DNA of 39,650 bases from a virus. Of this stretch, positions 1-8,638 are shown piece by piece. The notes beneath the pieces were generated by a model. That model ran no database searches. It was not told the origin of the DNA and saw nothing but the letters and a program-made list of their open reading frames with translations. The position numbers and the translations under genes were made by a program. Location of the stretch: IMG/VR virus record IMGVR_UViG_3300045988_050603, positions 1-39,650 of that record; one strand, written 5' to 3'. Numbering within the stretch: position 1 is the first letter of the stretch; each line of letters begins with the position of its first letter.

Positions 1-1
1 C

Positions 2-418
2 TTGGGCATCAATGCTGGCTGGGGCATCAATGCTGGCGAGGGCATCAATGCTGGCGAGGGCATCAATGCTGGCGAGGGCATCAATGCTGGCTTGGGCATC
101 AAGGCTGGCTTGGGCATCAATGCTGGCTGGGGCATCAATGCTGGCGAGGGCATCAATGCTGGCTGGGGCATCAATGCTGGCTGGGGCATCAAGGCTGGCT
201 GGGGCATCAATGCTGGCGAGGGCATCAATGCTGGCTGGGGCATCAATGCAAAAACTTTTATTGACTGCAAAAAGCGCATTTTTGCTGGTCTGTCCGTTTA
301 TCACACAAGCAAGAACTGTATCAAGTCCATCGAATGCGCAGAACTGAAGAACGGCGAAATTTGCTTTGGTAATTTGGTTATCGTGAAGCCGGAAACCGAA
401 AAGAGCGATAACGAATGA
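2..418 (+). CDS. C-terminal part of a hexapeptide-repeat (GINAGx)n beta-helix-like protein; the gene continues from 39407..39650
   Basis: At least 13 perfect 18-bp in-frame repeats, ggcatcaa(t/g)gctggc(gag/tgg/ttg), encoding G-I-N/K-A-G-E/W/L, followed by a unique C-terminal domain. The stop codon overlaps the ATG at 415. Confidence 0.6.
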   Translation: MGINAGWGINAGEGINAGEGINAGEGINAGLGIKAGLGINAGWGINAGEGINAGWGINAGWGIKAGWGINAGEGINAGWGINAKTFIDCKKRIFAGLSVYHTSKNCIKSIECAELKNGEICFGNLVIVKPETEKSDNE

Positions 419-783
419 GCAAATACCACAGCCGGAAGATCGCAAGGGATGGAATCACTTTTGATTCTGTCAAGGAATATAGAAGATGGTGCGAATTGTC
501 CCTGCTTGAAAGGGCAGGGGCAATTCAGAACCTGCAAAGGCAAGTCAAGTATGTGCTGATTCCAGCGCAAAGGGCTTTCACAAATGAAATTGATAAAAAA
601 GGAAATTTCAAGAAAGGAAAGCTTCTTGAAAGAGAATGTGCTTACATTGCCGATTTTGTCTATTTCGATTCGCAAACTGGCCAGATTACCGTGGAAGATA
701 CCAAGGGATTCAAGACCAAGGACTACATCATAAAACGAAAGTTGATGCTGTGGGTACACGGCATCCGCATTCAGGAGATATGA
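415..783 (+). CDS. DUF1064-family phage protein
   Basis: 'KYHSRKIARDGITFDSVKEYRRWCELSLLERAGAIQNL...' matches the DUF1064 pattern (xxGIxFDSKxExxRYxELxLLEKAGxI). ATGA overlap with the upstream gene. Confidence 0.55.
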   Translation: MSKYHSRKIARDGITFDSVKEYRRWCELSLLERAGAIQNLQRQVKYVLIPAQRAFTNEIDKKGNFKKGKLLERECAYIADFVYFDSQTGQITVEDTKGFKTKDYIIKRKLMLWVHGIRIQEI

Positions 784-784
784 A

Positions 785-931
785 ATGTTGATAGTAACGA
801 TTGAAGTCAAAGTGCCGGTCATCCAGGCCCAGGCAGTCAAAGAACACCTGGCCATGTGCCTTGAAAAATTTGGCGATACCAGGGTGATCGACATCCAGGA
901 GAAGCCGACAGAACAGATGAAAATCAAGTGA
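785..931 (+). CDS. Small hypothetical protein (48 aa)
   Basis: ATG 785 preceded by AGGAGA with 6-nt spacing. Fills the gap before the dUTPase gene. Absent from the ORF track only because it is shorter than 60 aa. Confidence 0.35.
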   Translation: MLIVTIEVKVPVIQAQAVKEHLAMCLEKFGDTRVIDIQEKPTEQMKIK

Positions 932-944
932 AAGGAAAAACGAA

Positions 945-1373
945 ATGCTTGAAATCAAGATCAAATATCTTCGTGATATTCAGAAAATCGAAAAGATCAA
1001 TGTAGGAGATTGGATCGATCTTCGTTGTGCGGAAGATACATTCATTGATGGCGGCAGGTACAAGCAAATTCCGCTTGGTGTGGCCATGGAACTGCCGCAG
1101 GGATATGAAGCCTTGGTTGCACCAAGAAGCAGCGCATATCGCAAATATGGCGTTCTGATGGCCAATAGCATTGGTATCGTGGATGAATCCTACAAGGGCG
1201 ATGGTGATGAATGGAACTTCCTGGCCTACGCAACCAGGGACACCATCATTAGAAAGAATGACCGGATCTGCCAATTCCGGATCATTGAACACCAGCCTTT
1301 ATTCATCCTGAAGGAAGTTGATCATCTTGGCAATGAAAATCGTGGGGGCATTGGCTCCACAGGAAGGGTGTGA
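945..1373 (+). CDS. dut: dUTP diphosphatase (trimeric dUTPase)
   Basis: Conserved motifs present: 'APRSS', '[14 protein letters not shown]', 'RICQFRI', C-terminal 'RGGIGSTG'. Confidence 0.8.
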   Translation: MLEIKIKYLRDIQKIEKINVGDWIDLRCAEDTFIDGGRYKQIPLGVAMELPQGYEALVAPRSSAYRKYGVLMANSIGIVDESYKGDGDEWNFLAYATRDTIIRKNDRICQFRIIEHQPLFILKEVDHLGNENRGGIGSTGRV

Positions 1374-1377
1374 AAAA

Positions 1378-1701
1378 ATGACTAATTTGACCACTACCAC
1401 CAACCTTGTGAAAGAGATCCTGGAAGAAGATAAACAGTCCAGAAACAGTGATAGTTTGCTTTACCTGAAGGTTTTGGAGCGTGTAGCAGAAGATTGTGGG
1501 ATCAACCTGCAAAGCCTTTCTGTGCCGAATTTCCTGGCTTCTATGAATGTTCTGCCCTTCCCCGGCTTTGAAACGGTAAGACGGACACGGCAGAAGGTGC
1601 AGCAGCACCGGCCCGATCTGGCCGCATGTGAAAAGGTGGAAGCTATGCGGCAGGAAAACGAACAGATCTTCCGTGAATATGCCAGGGGTGATGTAAGTTG
1701 A
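1378..1701 (+). CDS. Hypothetical phage protein
   Basis: ATG 1378 with GGAAGGG upstream. In-frame continuation of track ORF 1318..1701. Confidence 0.45.
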   Translation: MTNLTTTTNLVKEILEEDKQSRNSDSLLYLKVLERVAEDCGINLQSLSVPNFLASMNVLPFPGFETVRRTRQKVQQHRPDLAACEKVEAMRQENEQIFREYARGDVS

Positions 1702-1892
1702 AGAAGTGCGGCTTTAGCGGCGGAAAAGTTGAAATCACAGTTTTTGGGGTTCCTCTGGATCCTTGCCAGTATGAATTGATCGAGAAATACCGGAATGTGA
1801 CGGTGGAGATCCTGCGCTGCAAGAACTGCGGTCATGTGGAAATCTCATGGAGCCGGCAAGAAAACACGGAAGAAGGTGATCTGGATGGCTGA
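1698..1892 (+). CDS. Small 4-Cys (zinc-ribbon-like) protein
   Basis: TTG start overlapping the upstream stop. Cysteines at C4, C23, C41 and C44. Bridges the gap to the next gene. Confidence 0.3.
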   Translation: MKKCGFSGGKVEITVFGVPLDPCQYELIEKYRNVTVEILRCKNCGHVEISWSRQENTEEGDLDG

Positions 1893-2700
1893 TGTGAAGT
1901 GGATCAAGCTGGTCACAAATATCTTTGATAACCGCAAGATCAGAATGATTGAATCCATGCCTGAAGGTTACGCCATTATTGTGACATGGCTGAAGCTTCT
2001 TTGCCTTGCCGGAAATATCAATGATACAGGGATGGTCTATTTCACAAAGGAACTTCCCTATACTGACCAGATGCTTGCCACACAGTTCAATATTCCGCTA
2101 ACCACAGTGCAGCTTGCCCTGAAGACCTTTGAACAGTTTGGAATGATCGAAGTGGTTGATAACATCCTATGCATTTCAAATTGGGAGAAGTACCAAAATG
2201 TTGACAGGCTGACCGAAATCAGAGAATACAACAGACTGGCAAAGCAGAAATCAAGGGCAAAGCAAAAGGCTTTGGCTGCTGTCAATGACATGTCAAGGAC
2301 AAGTCAACCATGTCACGATACAGATATAGATAAAGAAGAAGATAAAGAAAAAGATAAGAAAAAGACTAAAGAACAGAAGAAAGAACCGAAGATCTTTTCT
2401 GATGATCCAGAACTTAACCAGGCAATCTTGTCCTTTATCGACTTCCGAAAGAGCATCAAAAAACCGATGACGGATCATGCTGTTGACCTTCTGATCAAGA
2501 AGCTGAATGAAATGTCACCTTCTATTGAAGATCAGATTGAAATAATCAATCAGTCCATCATGAATGGCTGGCAAGGGGTATTCCCTTTGAAGGATCAAGG
2601 GAGATCCACACAGTCTGTCAAACAGCCCTACCACAAACAAACCAAGGCAGAAGAACTTGATGACTTTTATGCTATGGCAAAGGAGTGGTCAGAAACATGA
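1885..2700 (+). CDS. Phage replisome organizer / DnaD-like replication initiator
   Basis: N-terminal 'MADVKWIKLVTNIFDNRKIRMIESMPEGYAIIVTWLKLLCLAGNINDTGMVYF' is typical of the phage_rep_org_N family. Followed by a charged KE-rich linker and a DnaD-like C-terminus. ATG 1885 overlaps the upstream stop. Confidence 0.65.
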   Translation: MADVKWIKLVTNIFDNRKIRMIESMPEGYAIIVTWLKLLCLAGNINDTGMVYFTKELPYTDQMLATQFNIPLTTVQLALKTFEQFGMIEVVDNILCISNWEKYQNVDRLTEIREYNRLAKQKSRAKQKALAAVNDMSRTSQPCHDTDIDKEEDKEKDKKKTKEQKKEPKIFSDDPELNQAILSFIDFRKSIKKPMTDHAVDLLIKKLNEMSPSIEDQIEIINQSIMNGWQGVFPLKDQGRSTQSVKQPYHKQTKAEELDDFYAMAKEWSET

Positions 2701-2888
2701 TTCAATGTTGCAGATACTGCCCGGATAGATCTGTTGGCTGCCATTCAACCTGCGAAAAGTACATATCAGAGAAAGCAGCCCATGACAAACTGAATGAAAT
2801 GATCCGGGATCAGAAAGCCCAGGATGATGCAATCACATTATCCATCATCAACAGATCAAAGAAAAAAGGCGGTAGATATCATGGATAA
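2697..2888 (+). CDS. Small Cys-rich hypothetical protein
   Basis: ATGA overlap at 2697. 'CCRYCPDRSVGCHSTCEKY'. AAGGAG upstream. Confidence 0.4.
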   Translation: MIQCCRYCPDRSVGCHSTCEKYISEKAAHDKLNEMIRDQKAQDDAITLSIINRSKKKGGRYHG

Positions 2889-3417
2889 AAAAGAATTCGG
2901 CCTGTTTGCTTCTGCCCTTCGCACCTATTATCCCAAGGAGCAGATCCTGCCGAACCAGCAAGCCATGGAACTTTGGTACAGAGAACTGCAAGACATTCCA
3001 TTCCCTGTTGCCGAAGCTGCCCTGCGCCAGTGGGTGGCCACAAATAAGTGGTCACCTTCCATCGCAGAGATCCGGGAAGTCGCTGCAACAGTCCAGCATG
3101 GCAGCGTGAAGGATTGGGGCGAAGCTTGGGAACAGGTGCTGATGGCTGTCAGAAAGTACGGAATTTACAACCAGGGAAAGGCCCTGGATAGCATGGATCC
3201 GATGACCAGGACAGCAGCAGAACGCACAGGGTTCCGCAATATTTGCCTGTCAGAGAACATTGCAACCGAAAGGGCAAACTTCCGTATGATCTATGAAAGC
3301 CTGTCTGCACAGGAAAAATCCAGGCAGCAGATCGCTTTGCCATTGCAGGAAGTGATCAATATGATCCAGGCAAACCAGGAAAGATTGTGTTTAGAAGGTG
3401 GAAATAGTGATGCATAA
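2881..3417 (+). CDS. Putative helicase loader (SPP1 G39P-like 'loader and inhibitor of G40P' family)
   Basis: 'LRTYYPKEQILPNQQAMELWYRELQDIPFPVAEAALRQWVATNKWSPSIAEIREVA' resembles the YP...W..L.D......A.......WxPSIAEI pattern. Sits immediately after the replisome organizer. Confidence 0.4.
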   Translation: MDKKEFGLFASALRTYYPKEQILPNQQAMELWYRELQDIPFPVAEAALRQWVATNKWSPSIAEIREVAATVQHGSVKDWGEAWEQVLMAVRKYGIYNQGKALDSMDPMTRTAAERTGFRNICLSENIATERANFRMIYESLSAQEKSRQQIALPLQEVINMIQANQERLCLEGGNSDA

Positions 3418-3450
3418 ACTGAAACCGTTTGTCGGTAAAGGAGGGATAAC

Positions 3451-3816
3451 ATGGATGCAGTAATATATCTCGAAGAAACAAGAAGGATGTGTAGGTTTTT
3501 CTCGCATGTTGCTTGCGGTGGGTGCCCTGCGCTTATCAATCGCCAAAATTGTATGTTTGCTGACATGATTGTGAATTACGGAACAAAGACCGCCGATGCT
3601 GTTGCGATTGTCGAGAAATGGTCTGATGCACACCCACGCAAGACACGGCAAAGCGTGTTTCTGGAACAGTGGCCTGAAGCGGAAATTGATAAAAGTGGGT
3701 GTTTGATGCTATGCCCAATGACCGTTTCTGCTGAACAACGGAACAGACACGGGGATTGCACAAAACTGGTGTGCTCTGGCTGCCGCCGAGAGTTTTGGAT
3801 GCAGGAGGTAGAGTGA
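3451..3816 (+). CDS. Hypothetical Cys-rich protein
   Basis: GGAGGG RBS. Several CxxC-like pairs. Confidence 0.4.
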   Translation: MDAVIYLEETRRMCRFFSHVACGGCPALINRQNCMFADMIVNYGTKTADAVAIVEKWSDAHPRKTRQSVFLEQWPEAEIDKSGCLMLCPMTVSAEQRNRHGDCTKLVCSGCRREFWMQEVE

Positions 3817-4109
3817 TGAAAATATACAAAAATCCGTGGGTATCAAGAGAAAGCTACTTTGTGCGTACTGGTGCTGCAAAATCGGCACGGATGGAAGCGT
3901 CTAAAAGCACTGGTTATTCTGTTGACTTTTGGGATGGTAAATGGAAAGTGAATAAAGTTGTTTATTACGATAAATCGATTGCTGAAATGCCTGTTATTTG
4001 CGAAAACAAGGTAAGCATACATTCAGCCATTGATAAAGCTGTTATTGACACGGTTTTGGGATTTGTAGAAGTGGCAAAGATGGACGGTGACGGCAATGCG
4101 GATCATTGA
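3816..4109 (+). CDS. Hypothetical protein
   Basis: ATG 3816 with AGGAGG 8 nt upstream. Confidence 0.45.
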   Translation: MKIYKNPWVSRESYFVRTGAAKSARMEASKSTGYSVDFWDGKWKVNKVVYYDKSIAEMPVICENKVSIHSAIDKAVIDTVLGFVEVAKMDGDGNADH

Positions 4110-4308
4110 TGCAGATGAACTGCTTCAGCTTTATGGTGACTATGGCTTTGATTTTTCGGGGTATCATGTGGCAATTCCGGTAATCCGGCAGAACATCCTG
4201 GATATGCCTGAAATCAAAGCTACACCATGCACCTTCTGCAAATATGGATCTGGCCGGGGGAAGAAGCCCTGTGCCAGATGCCCGGCGAAAGGATTGACAG
4301 ATGAATAA
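4096..4308 (+). CDS. Hypothetical protein
   Basis: Overlapping ORF in the operon. C-terminal CxxC...CxxC. Confidence 0.35.
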   Translation: MRIIDADELLQLYGDYGFDFSGYHVAIPVIRQNILDMPEIKATPCTFCKYGSGRGKKPCARCPAKGLTDE

Positions 4309-4510
4309 AACAACAATATGGACAGCTATTGTCATGATCTTCGTGTGCGCTGTGTCTATCGGCTATGCTGCGGCTGTTATCAATGAAGCCAAGGATCCGC
4401 CGGAAGAAGTAAAGATCATACACGAATACACGGAAGGTTATTATGATGGTTATGCCAAGGGAAAAGCACAAGCTTTAGAGGATATAACAGATGTCTATTA
4501 CGGAAAATGA
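4301..4510 (+). CDS. Small membrane-anchored protein
   Basis: N-terminal hydrophobic segment 'TIWTAIVMIFVCAVSIGYAAAV'. Confidence 0.4.
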   Translation: MNKTTIWTAIVMIFVCAVSIGYAAAVINEAKDPPEEVKIIHEYTEGYYDGYAKGKAQALEDITDVYYGK

Positions 4511-4731
4511 ATTTGCCCGGCTGCCTGGTGAATTGTTCGGATGAATGCAAAGAACTTATGAAAATAAACCTTAAAAGAGAAAGCCAAAAAACCAGAAAAG
4601 CCAATAGGAAGCGAGAAATCGCACAGGAACGGCGTGATGATTTGAATAGGATCCTGCGTGATGCTGCTGAACATGGCATGTCCTATGGCAAATATGTGGC
4701 CTATCTTGAACGAAAGGGGGAATCAATGTGA
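4507..4731 (+). CDS. Small basic hypothetical protein
   Basis: Start overlaps the upstream stop. K/R-rich. Confidence 0.35.
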   Translation: MNLPGCLVNCSDECKELMKINLKRESQKTRKANRKREIAQERRDDLNRILRDAAEHGMSYGKYVAYLERKGESM

Positions 4732-5153
4732 ATGATGCAAAAAGTTTTCTGCAACAGGTGGAACTGTGTGATAAACATATCAACAGCAAGCTGGAACAGG
4801 TTGCCCAATTAATAGAACTGGCAACAAAGATCACCGCAACTTGGAAACAGGATGTTGTTTCAGGCGGCGGTGATCAAGACAAGATTGGGAATGCCGTTGC
4901 GAAGATCATTGACCTGGAAGAAGAAATAAACACGGCTGTGGATGAATTTGTGGATAAGAAAAGAAAGGTCAGCTGTGTGATTGACCAGATAGGCAATGCA
5001 GATTACATTGCTGTTCTGTATAAGCGTTATTTTGAATACAAGACATGGGAAAGAATTGCTTGTGAAATGAATTTTACATATCAATGGGTATGTAAACTGC
5101 ATGGAAGGGCGTTGCAAATGGTTGATGGCATCATAAAAAATCAAAAGAGTTGA
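4728..5153 (+). CDS. Putative late-gene transcriptional activator (ArpU/RinA / sigma-70 region-4-like HTH)
   Basis: About 140 aa, immediately upstream of the terminase genes. C-terminal 'WERIACEMNFTYQWVCKLHGRALQMV' is HTH-like. Confidence 0.4.
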   Translation: MNDAKSFLQQVELCDKHINSKLEQVAQLIELATKITATWKQDVVSGGGDQDKIGNAVAKIIDLEEEINTAVDEFVDKKRKVSCVIDQIGNADYIAVLYKRYFEYKTWERIACEMNFTYQWVCKLHGRALQMVDGIIKNQKS

Positions 5154-5269
5154 TAGAAGTTTATACTCCAAATGTGTTACATTTAAGGTGCAGAAATGAA
5201 CAAGATATCTTCCAAGCCTGACAGGGTGACTCCTTCCCTGCCAGGCTTTTTGTATGCCATAGAAAGAAG

Positions 5270-5731
5270 GTGATGATTGTGGCGGAAAAGAAGCTGACAG
5301 CAAAGCAGCAGCGCTTCTGTGATGAATATTTGCTTGATCTGAATGCAACACAGGCTGCAATCAGAGCCGGGTATTCAAAGAAGACGGCAAAACAAATTGG
5401 GCAGCAAAATTTGACCAAACTTGACTTGAAAGAATACATCGGAAAGCGGATGGCTGAAAAGGAAGCTGCCCTGGTTGCTGACCAGACTGAAGTGATGCGA
5501 TATCTTACTTCTGTTCTGCGTGGCCAGTCCGTTTCTGAAGTAGTTGTGGTGGAAGGCACCGGCGATGGCTGTTCTGAAGCCAGGACGATGCAGAAAGCAC
5601 CGGACGAAAAGGAACGGCTGAAAGCTGCTGAACTGCTTGGAAAGGCGCACATGATCTTTACTGACAAGGTGCAGCAGGAAGTGGACATGGATTTGAACAT
5701 TACGGTGGATTACGGTGACGCAGATGAATAG
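5270..5731 (+). CDS. terS: Terminase small subunit (P27/Terminase_2 family)
   Basis: 'LTAKQQRFCDEYLLDLNATQAAIRAGYSKKTAKQIGQQNL' is the canonical motif. Confidence 0.8.
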   Translation: MMIVAEKKLTAKQQRFCDEYLLDLNATQAAIRAGYSKKTAKQIGQQNLTKLDLKEYIGKRMAEKEAALVADQTEVMRYLTSVLRGQSVSEVVVVEGTGDGCSEARTMQKAPDEKERLKAAELLGKAHMIFTDKVQQEVDMDLNITVDYGDADE

Positions 5732-5921
5732 GGACAAACTTCTTGTGGAATACATTGCACTGGAATTTCCAGAATGTGATAAAACGGATGAATTGCTGAA
5801 AAGCGTTTCTGATTCACTTGGATTTAGTGTATATTGCCTTGCAATGGAATTAGAAGATTTTAAGTCTGAAATAAGAAAGCTGTTCCCCTTCTGTCTGCTG
5901 TTTGGATGTGATGACGGATGA
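5715..5921 (+). CDS. Small hypothetical protein between the terminase small and large subunit genes
   Basis: Fills the gap between the terminase genes. Overlaps both neighbours. Confidence 0.3.
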   Translation: MTQMNRDKLLVEYIALEFPECDKTDELLKSVSDSLGFSVYCLAMELEDFKSEIRKLFPFCLLFGCDDG

Positions 5922-7150
5922 ACATCAAAGTTCAAGCAAATCCCTGTTTCAAGGAAGTTGACCGCAGCACCAAGCGATATATCGTCATGAAGGGCAGCGC
6001 CGGTTCTGGAAAGTCGGTTGACACGGCGCAGAACTACATCATGCGGCTGATGAAGGATAAGGGCCGGAACCTGGTCTGCATCCGCAAATCGGATATCACA
6101 AACCGGGACAGCACCTTTGCTGAACTGACCGGCGCTGTTTATCGTATGTTTGGCGATAAGGCTGACCGATACTGGCAGATCAATATGTCACCTTTGAAGC
6201 TGACCTGCAAAGCAAACGGCAATCAGATCATCTTCCGGGGGATGAATGATGACAAGCAGCGTGAAAAGCTGAAGTCTATCACATTTCAAAAGGGCAAGCT
6301 TACTGATGTATGGTGTGAGGAAGCAACCGAACTAACACAGGCCGATGTGGAAATCATAGATGACCGTCTTCGTGGCGAACTGCCGGCTGGTCAGTTTTAT
6401 CAGATCAGAATGACCTTCAATCCAGTAAACAAAAATCACTGGATCAAGAAGGTCTTTTTTGATGTACCGGATCCCAATGTGCTGTGCCATCATTCCACCT
6501 ATCTAATGAACCGCTTCATTGATGATGCCTACCGGCAGCGCATGGAGCGCAGAAAGATCGTGGATCCTGAAGGCTATCAGATCTATGGCCTGGGCGAATG
6601 GGGCGAAATCGGCGGTCTGATCCTGCACAATTGGGAAGTCAAGGACATTTCCCAGGATCCTGCTGACTATGATGATTTCGCCATTGGTCAGGACTTCGGC
6701 TTCAATCATGCAAATGCGATCCTGGCTGTCGGCACCAAGGACGATGACATCTACATTACCAGGGAAATATACGAATTCGAGAAAGACACCAGCGAACTGA
6801 TTGACCTGGCTATGATACACGGCATAGACCGAAAGAAACAGATGTGGTGTGATTCCGCAGAACCGGACAGGATCAAGATGTGGCAGAAGGCCGGCTTCCG
6901 GGCAAGGGGCGTGGATAAAGGCGGATCTGCTGGATCCGTAAAGGCACAGATCGACTGGCTGAAGCAGCGGAAGATCTATGTGCATCCGTCTTGCGTGAAT
7001 ACCATCAAAGAATTGCAGCAATGGAAGTGGAAGAAGGATGACAGAACCGGTGAATACCTGGATGAACCTGTGCCATTCCAAGATGATGCCATGGCTGCGC
7101 TGCGTTATTCCGTGGAAGGCTGGCGCAAGATGAAGAAGTGGATGATTTAA
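5918..7150 (+). CDS. terL: Terminase large subunit (PBSX family)
   Basis: Walker A 'VMKGSAGSGKS'. C-terminal nuclease region 'IGQDFGF...D'. Size and position fit. Confidence 0.88.
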   Translation: MNIKVQANPCFKEVDRSTKRYIVMKGSAGSGKSVDTAQNYIMRLMKDKGRNLVCIRKSDITNRDSTFAELTGAVYRMFGDKADRYWQINMSPLKLTCKANGNQIIFRGMNDDKQREKLKSITFQKGKLTDVWCEEATELTQADVEIIDDRLRGELPAGQFYQIRMTFNPVNKNHWIKKVFFDVPDPNVLCHHSTYLMNRFIDDAYRQRMERRKIVDPEGYQIYGLGEWGEIGGLILHNWEVKDISQDPADYDDFAIGQDFGFNHANAILAVGTKDDDIYITREIYEFEKDTSELIDLAMIHGIDRKKQMWCDSAEPDRIKMWQKAGFRARGVDKGGSAGSVKAQIDWLKQRKIYVHPSCVNTIKELQQWKWKKDDRTGEYLDEPVPFQDDAMAALRYSVEGWRKMKKWMI

Positions 7151-7165
7151 CAGGGGGATAAATAT

Positions 7166-8638
7166 ATGCTTACTGCGACAGAAATAAAGAACTTTATCGA
7201 CAATGATGCAGCCAGCGACAAAAAGCGCTTTGCAAGAACCGGTCTTCGTTATTATGAAGCAGATCACGATATTAGAAACTATCGTGTGTTCTTCATCGAT
7301 GCGGATGGCAACATTCAGGAAGACACAACCAAAAGCAATATTAAGATCAGCCATCCATTCTTCACTGAACTGGTGGATCAGGAAGTGCAGTATATGCTTT
7401 CTGGCAAGGAAGGTTTTGTGAAATCGGACAATCCAGATCTTCAGGACTATCTGAACGAATACTTCAATGACAATGAAGATTTCATGGCTGAACTGTATGA
7501 AGTGATCACCGGCTGCATCTCCAAGGGCTTTGAATATGCCTATGCCTATAAGAATGCAGAGGGAAAGACGGCCTTCCAGTGCGCTGACAGCATGGGTGTG
7601 GTGGAAATCAGGGAGAAGGAAACCAATGACGGTTGTGCCTATGTGATCTATTGGTACATTGACCGCATTGGCAAGGATGGCAAGAAGATCAAGCGGATCC
7701 AAGTGTGGAATGATAAAGAAGTTACTTCCTTTATGCAAGAGGATGACGGCAGCATTATTCCTGATGAAAATGTGAAGCCAAATCCCAGGCCGCACATCAC
7801 ATACAAGAAGCCAGGCGATAACAACATCTACTATGACAATTTTGGCCTGATCCCTTTCTTCCGCCTGGATAACTGCAAGAAGCAGTTCAGCGGTCTGAAG
7901 CCCATCAAGGCCCTGATTGATGACTATGATCTGATGTCCTGCGGCCTGTCTAATAATATTCAGGACACCAATGAAGCGCTGTATGTGGTTAAAGGCTTCC
8001 AAGGTGACAATCTGGATGAATTGATGGTGAATATTAAGGCCAAGAAGCATATTGGCGTGGATGATGACGGCGGTGTGGAGATTCACACGGTTGATATTCC
8101 CTATCAGGCCCGGCAGACAAAGCTGGATCTGGATGAAAAGAACATCTTCCGCTTTGGTATGGGGGTGAACACTGAAGGTCTGAAGGACACCAGCGCAACC
8201 ACATCTATTGCCATCAAGTCTGCCTATTCCCTGCTGGATCTGAAGGTGAATAAGCTTGAAATTCGCCTGAAGCAATTCATGCGGAAGCTGTTGAAGGTTG
8301 TGCTGAAGGAAATCAATAACGAAAACAAAACCGATTTCCAGCAGAAGGATGTCTATTTTGATTTCCAGCGTGAGATCATCACTAATGCCCAGGAGAATGC
8401 ACAGATCGAACTGACCGATGCCCAGCGCAAGCAGACCGAGATCACAACCTTGCTGAACCTGGCCAACCATCTTGATGATGAAACGCTGATGCAGCTGATC
8501 TGTGAACAGCTTGATATCGATTACAACGATATCAAGGATAAGCTACCGCAGCAGGAAGAAGATCCGACAGCAGCAGCACAAGCTGCGCTTCAGAACATCC
8601 AGCCCGATGATGATGACGGTGGTGAATTGATTGAATAA
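7166..8638 (+). CDS. Portal protein (SPP1 Gp6-like)
   Basis: 490 aa, directly after the terminase large subunit gene. Acidic C-terminus. AGGGGGA RBS. Confidence 0.7.
   Translation: MLTATEIKNFIDNDAASDKKRFARTGLRYYEADHDIRNYRVFFIDADGNIQEDTTKSNIKISHPFFTELVDQEVQYMLSGKEGFVKSDNPDLQDYLNEYFNDNEDFMAELYEVITGCISKGFEYAYAYKNAEGKTAFQCADSMGVVEIREKETNDGCAYVIYWYIDRIGKDGKKIKRIQVWNDKEVTSFMQEDDGSIIPDENVKPNPRPHITYKKPGDNNIYYDNFGLIPFFRLDNCKKQFSGLKPIKALIDDYDLMSCGLSNNIQDTNEALYVVKGFQGDNLDELMVNIKAKKHIGVDDDGGVEIHTVDIPYQARQTKLDLDEKNIFRFGMGVNTEGLKDTSATTSIAIKSAYSLLDLKVNKLEIRLKQFMRKLLKVVLKEINNENKTDFQQKDVYFDFQREIITNAQENAQIELTDAQRKQTEITTLLNLANHLDDETLMQLICEQLDIDYNDIKDKLPQQEEDPTAAAQAALQNIQPDDDDGGELIE

Noticed and set aside
1-250. 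Possible CRISPR array because of regular short repeats
   Set aside because: The repeats are contiguous 18-mers with no spacers, lie in-frame inside an ORF, and continue into unique coding sequence on both sides. This is a coding tandem repeat, not a CRISPR array.
1-250. Diversity-generating retroelement targeting the variable repeat codons
   Set aside because: No reverse transcriptase or template repeat anywhere in the window. The substitutions (GAG/TGG/TTG, AAT/AAG) are not adenine-specific.
12-347. Alternative frame through the repeat (MLAGAS...)n
   Set aside because: It is the frame reached by a naive end-to-start join, but it lacks an RBS or start context. The G-I-N-A-G-x frame is continuous with a proper ATG/RBS at 39407 and with the downstream stop/ATGA coupling at 415.
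1834-1884. Upstream ATG start for the replisome organizer gene (track start 1834)
   Set aside because: The conserved family N-terminus begins at ATG 1885 ('MADVKWIKL'), which is translationally coupled to the upstream stop. The 17 extra residues are probably not translated.
6503-8470. 655-aa ORF on the minus strand
   Set aside because: Antisense to the well-supported terminase large subunit and portal genes. No RBS. Low-complexity L/I/Q/H-rich translation. Long antisense ORFs recur throughout (for example 13991..15103, 19518..20399, 21569..22321, 24121..24963, 35879..36697) because of compositional bias on the non-coding strand.
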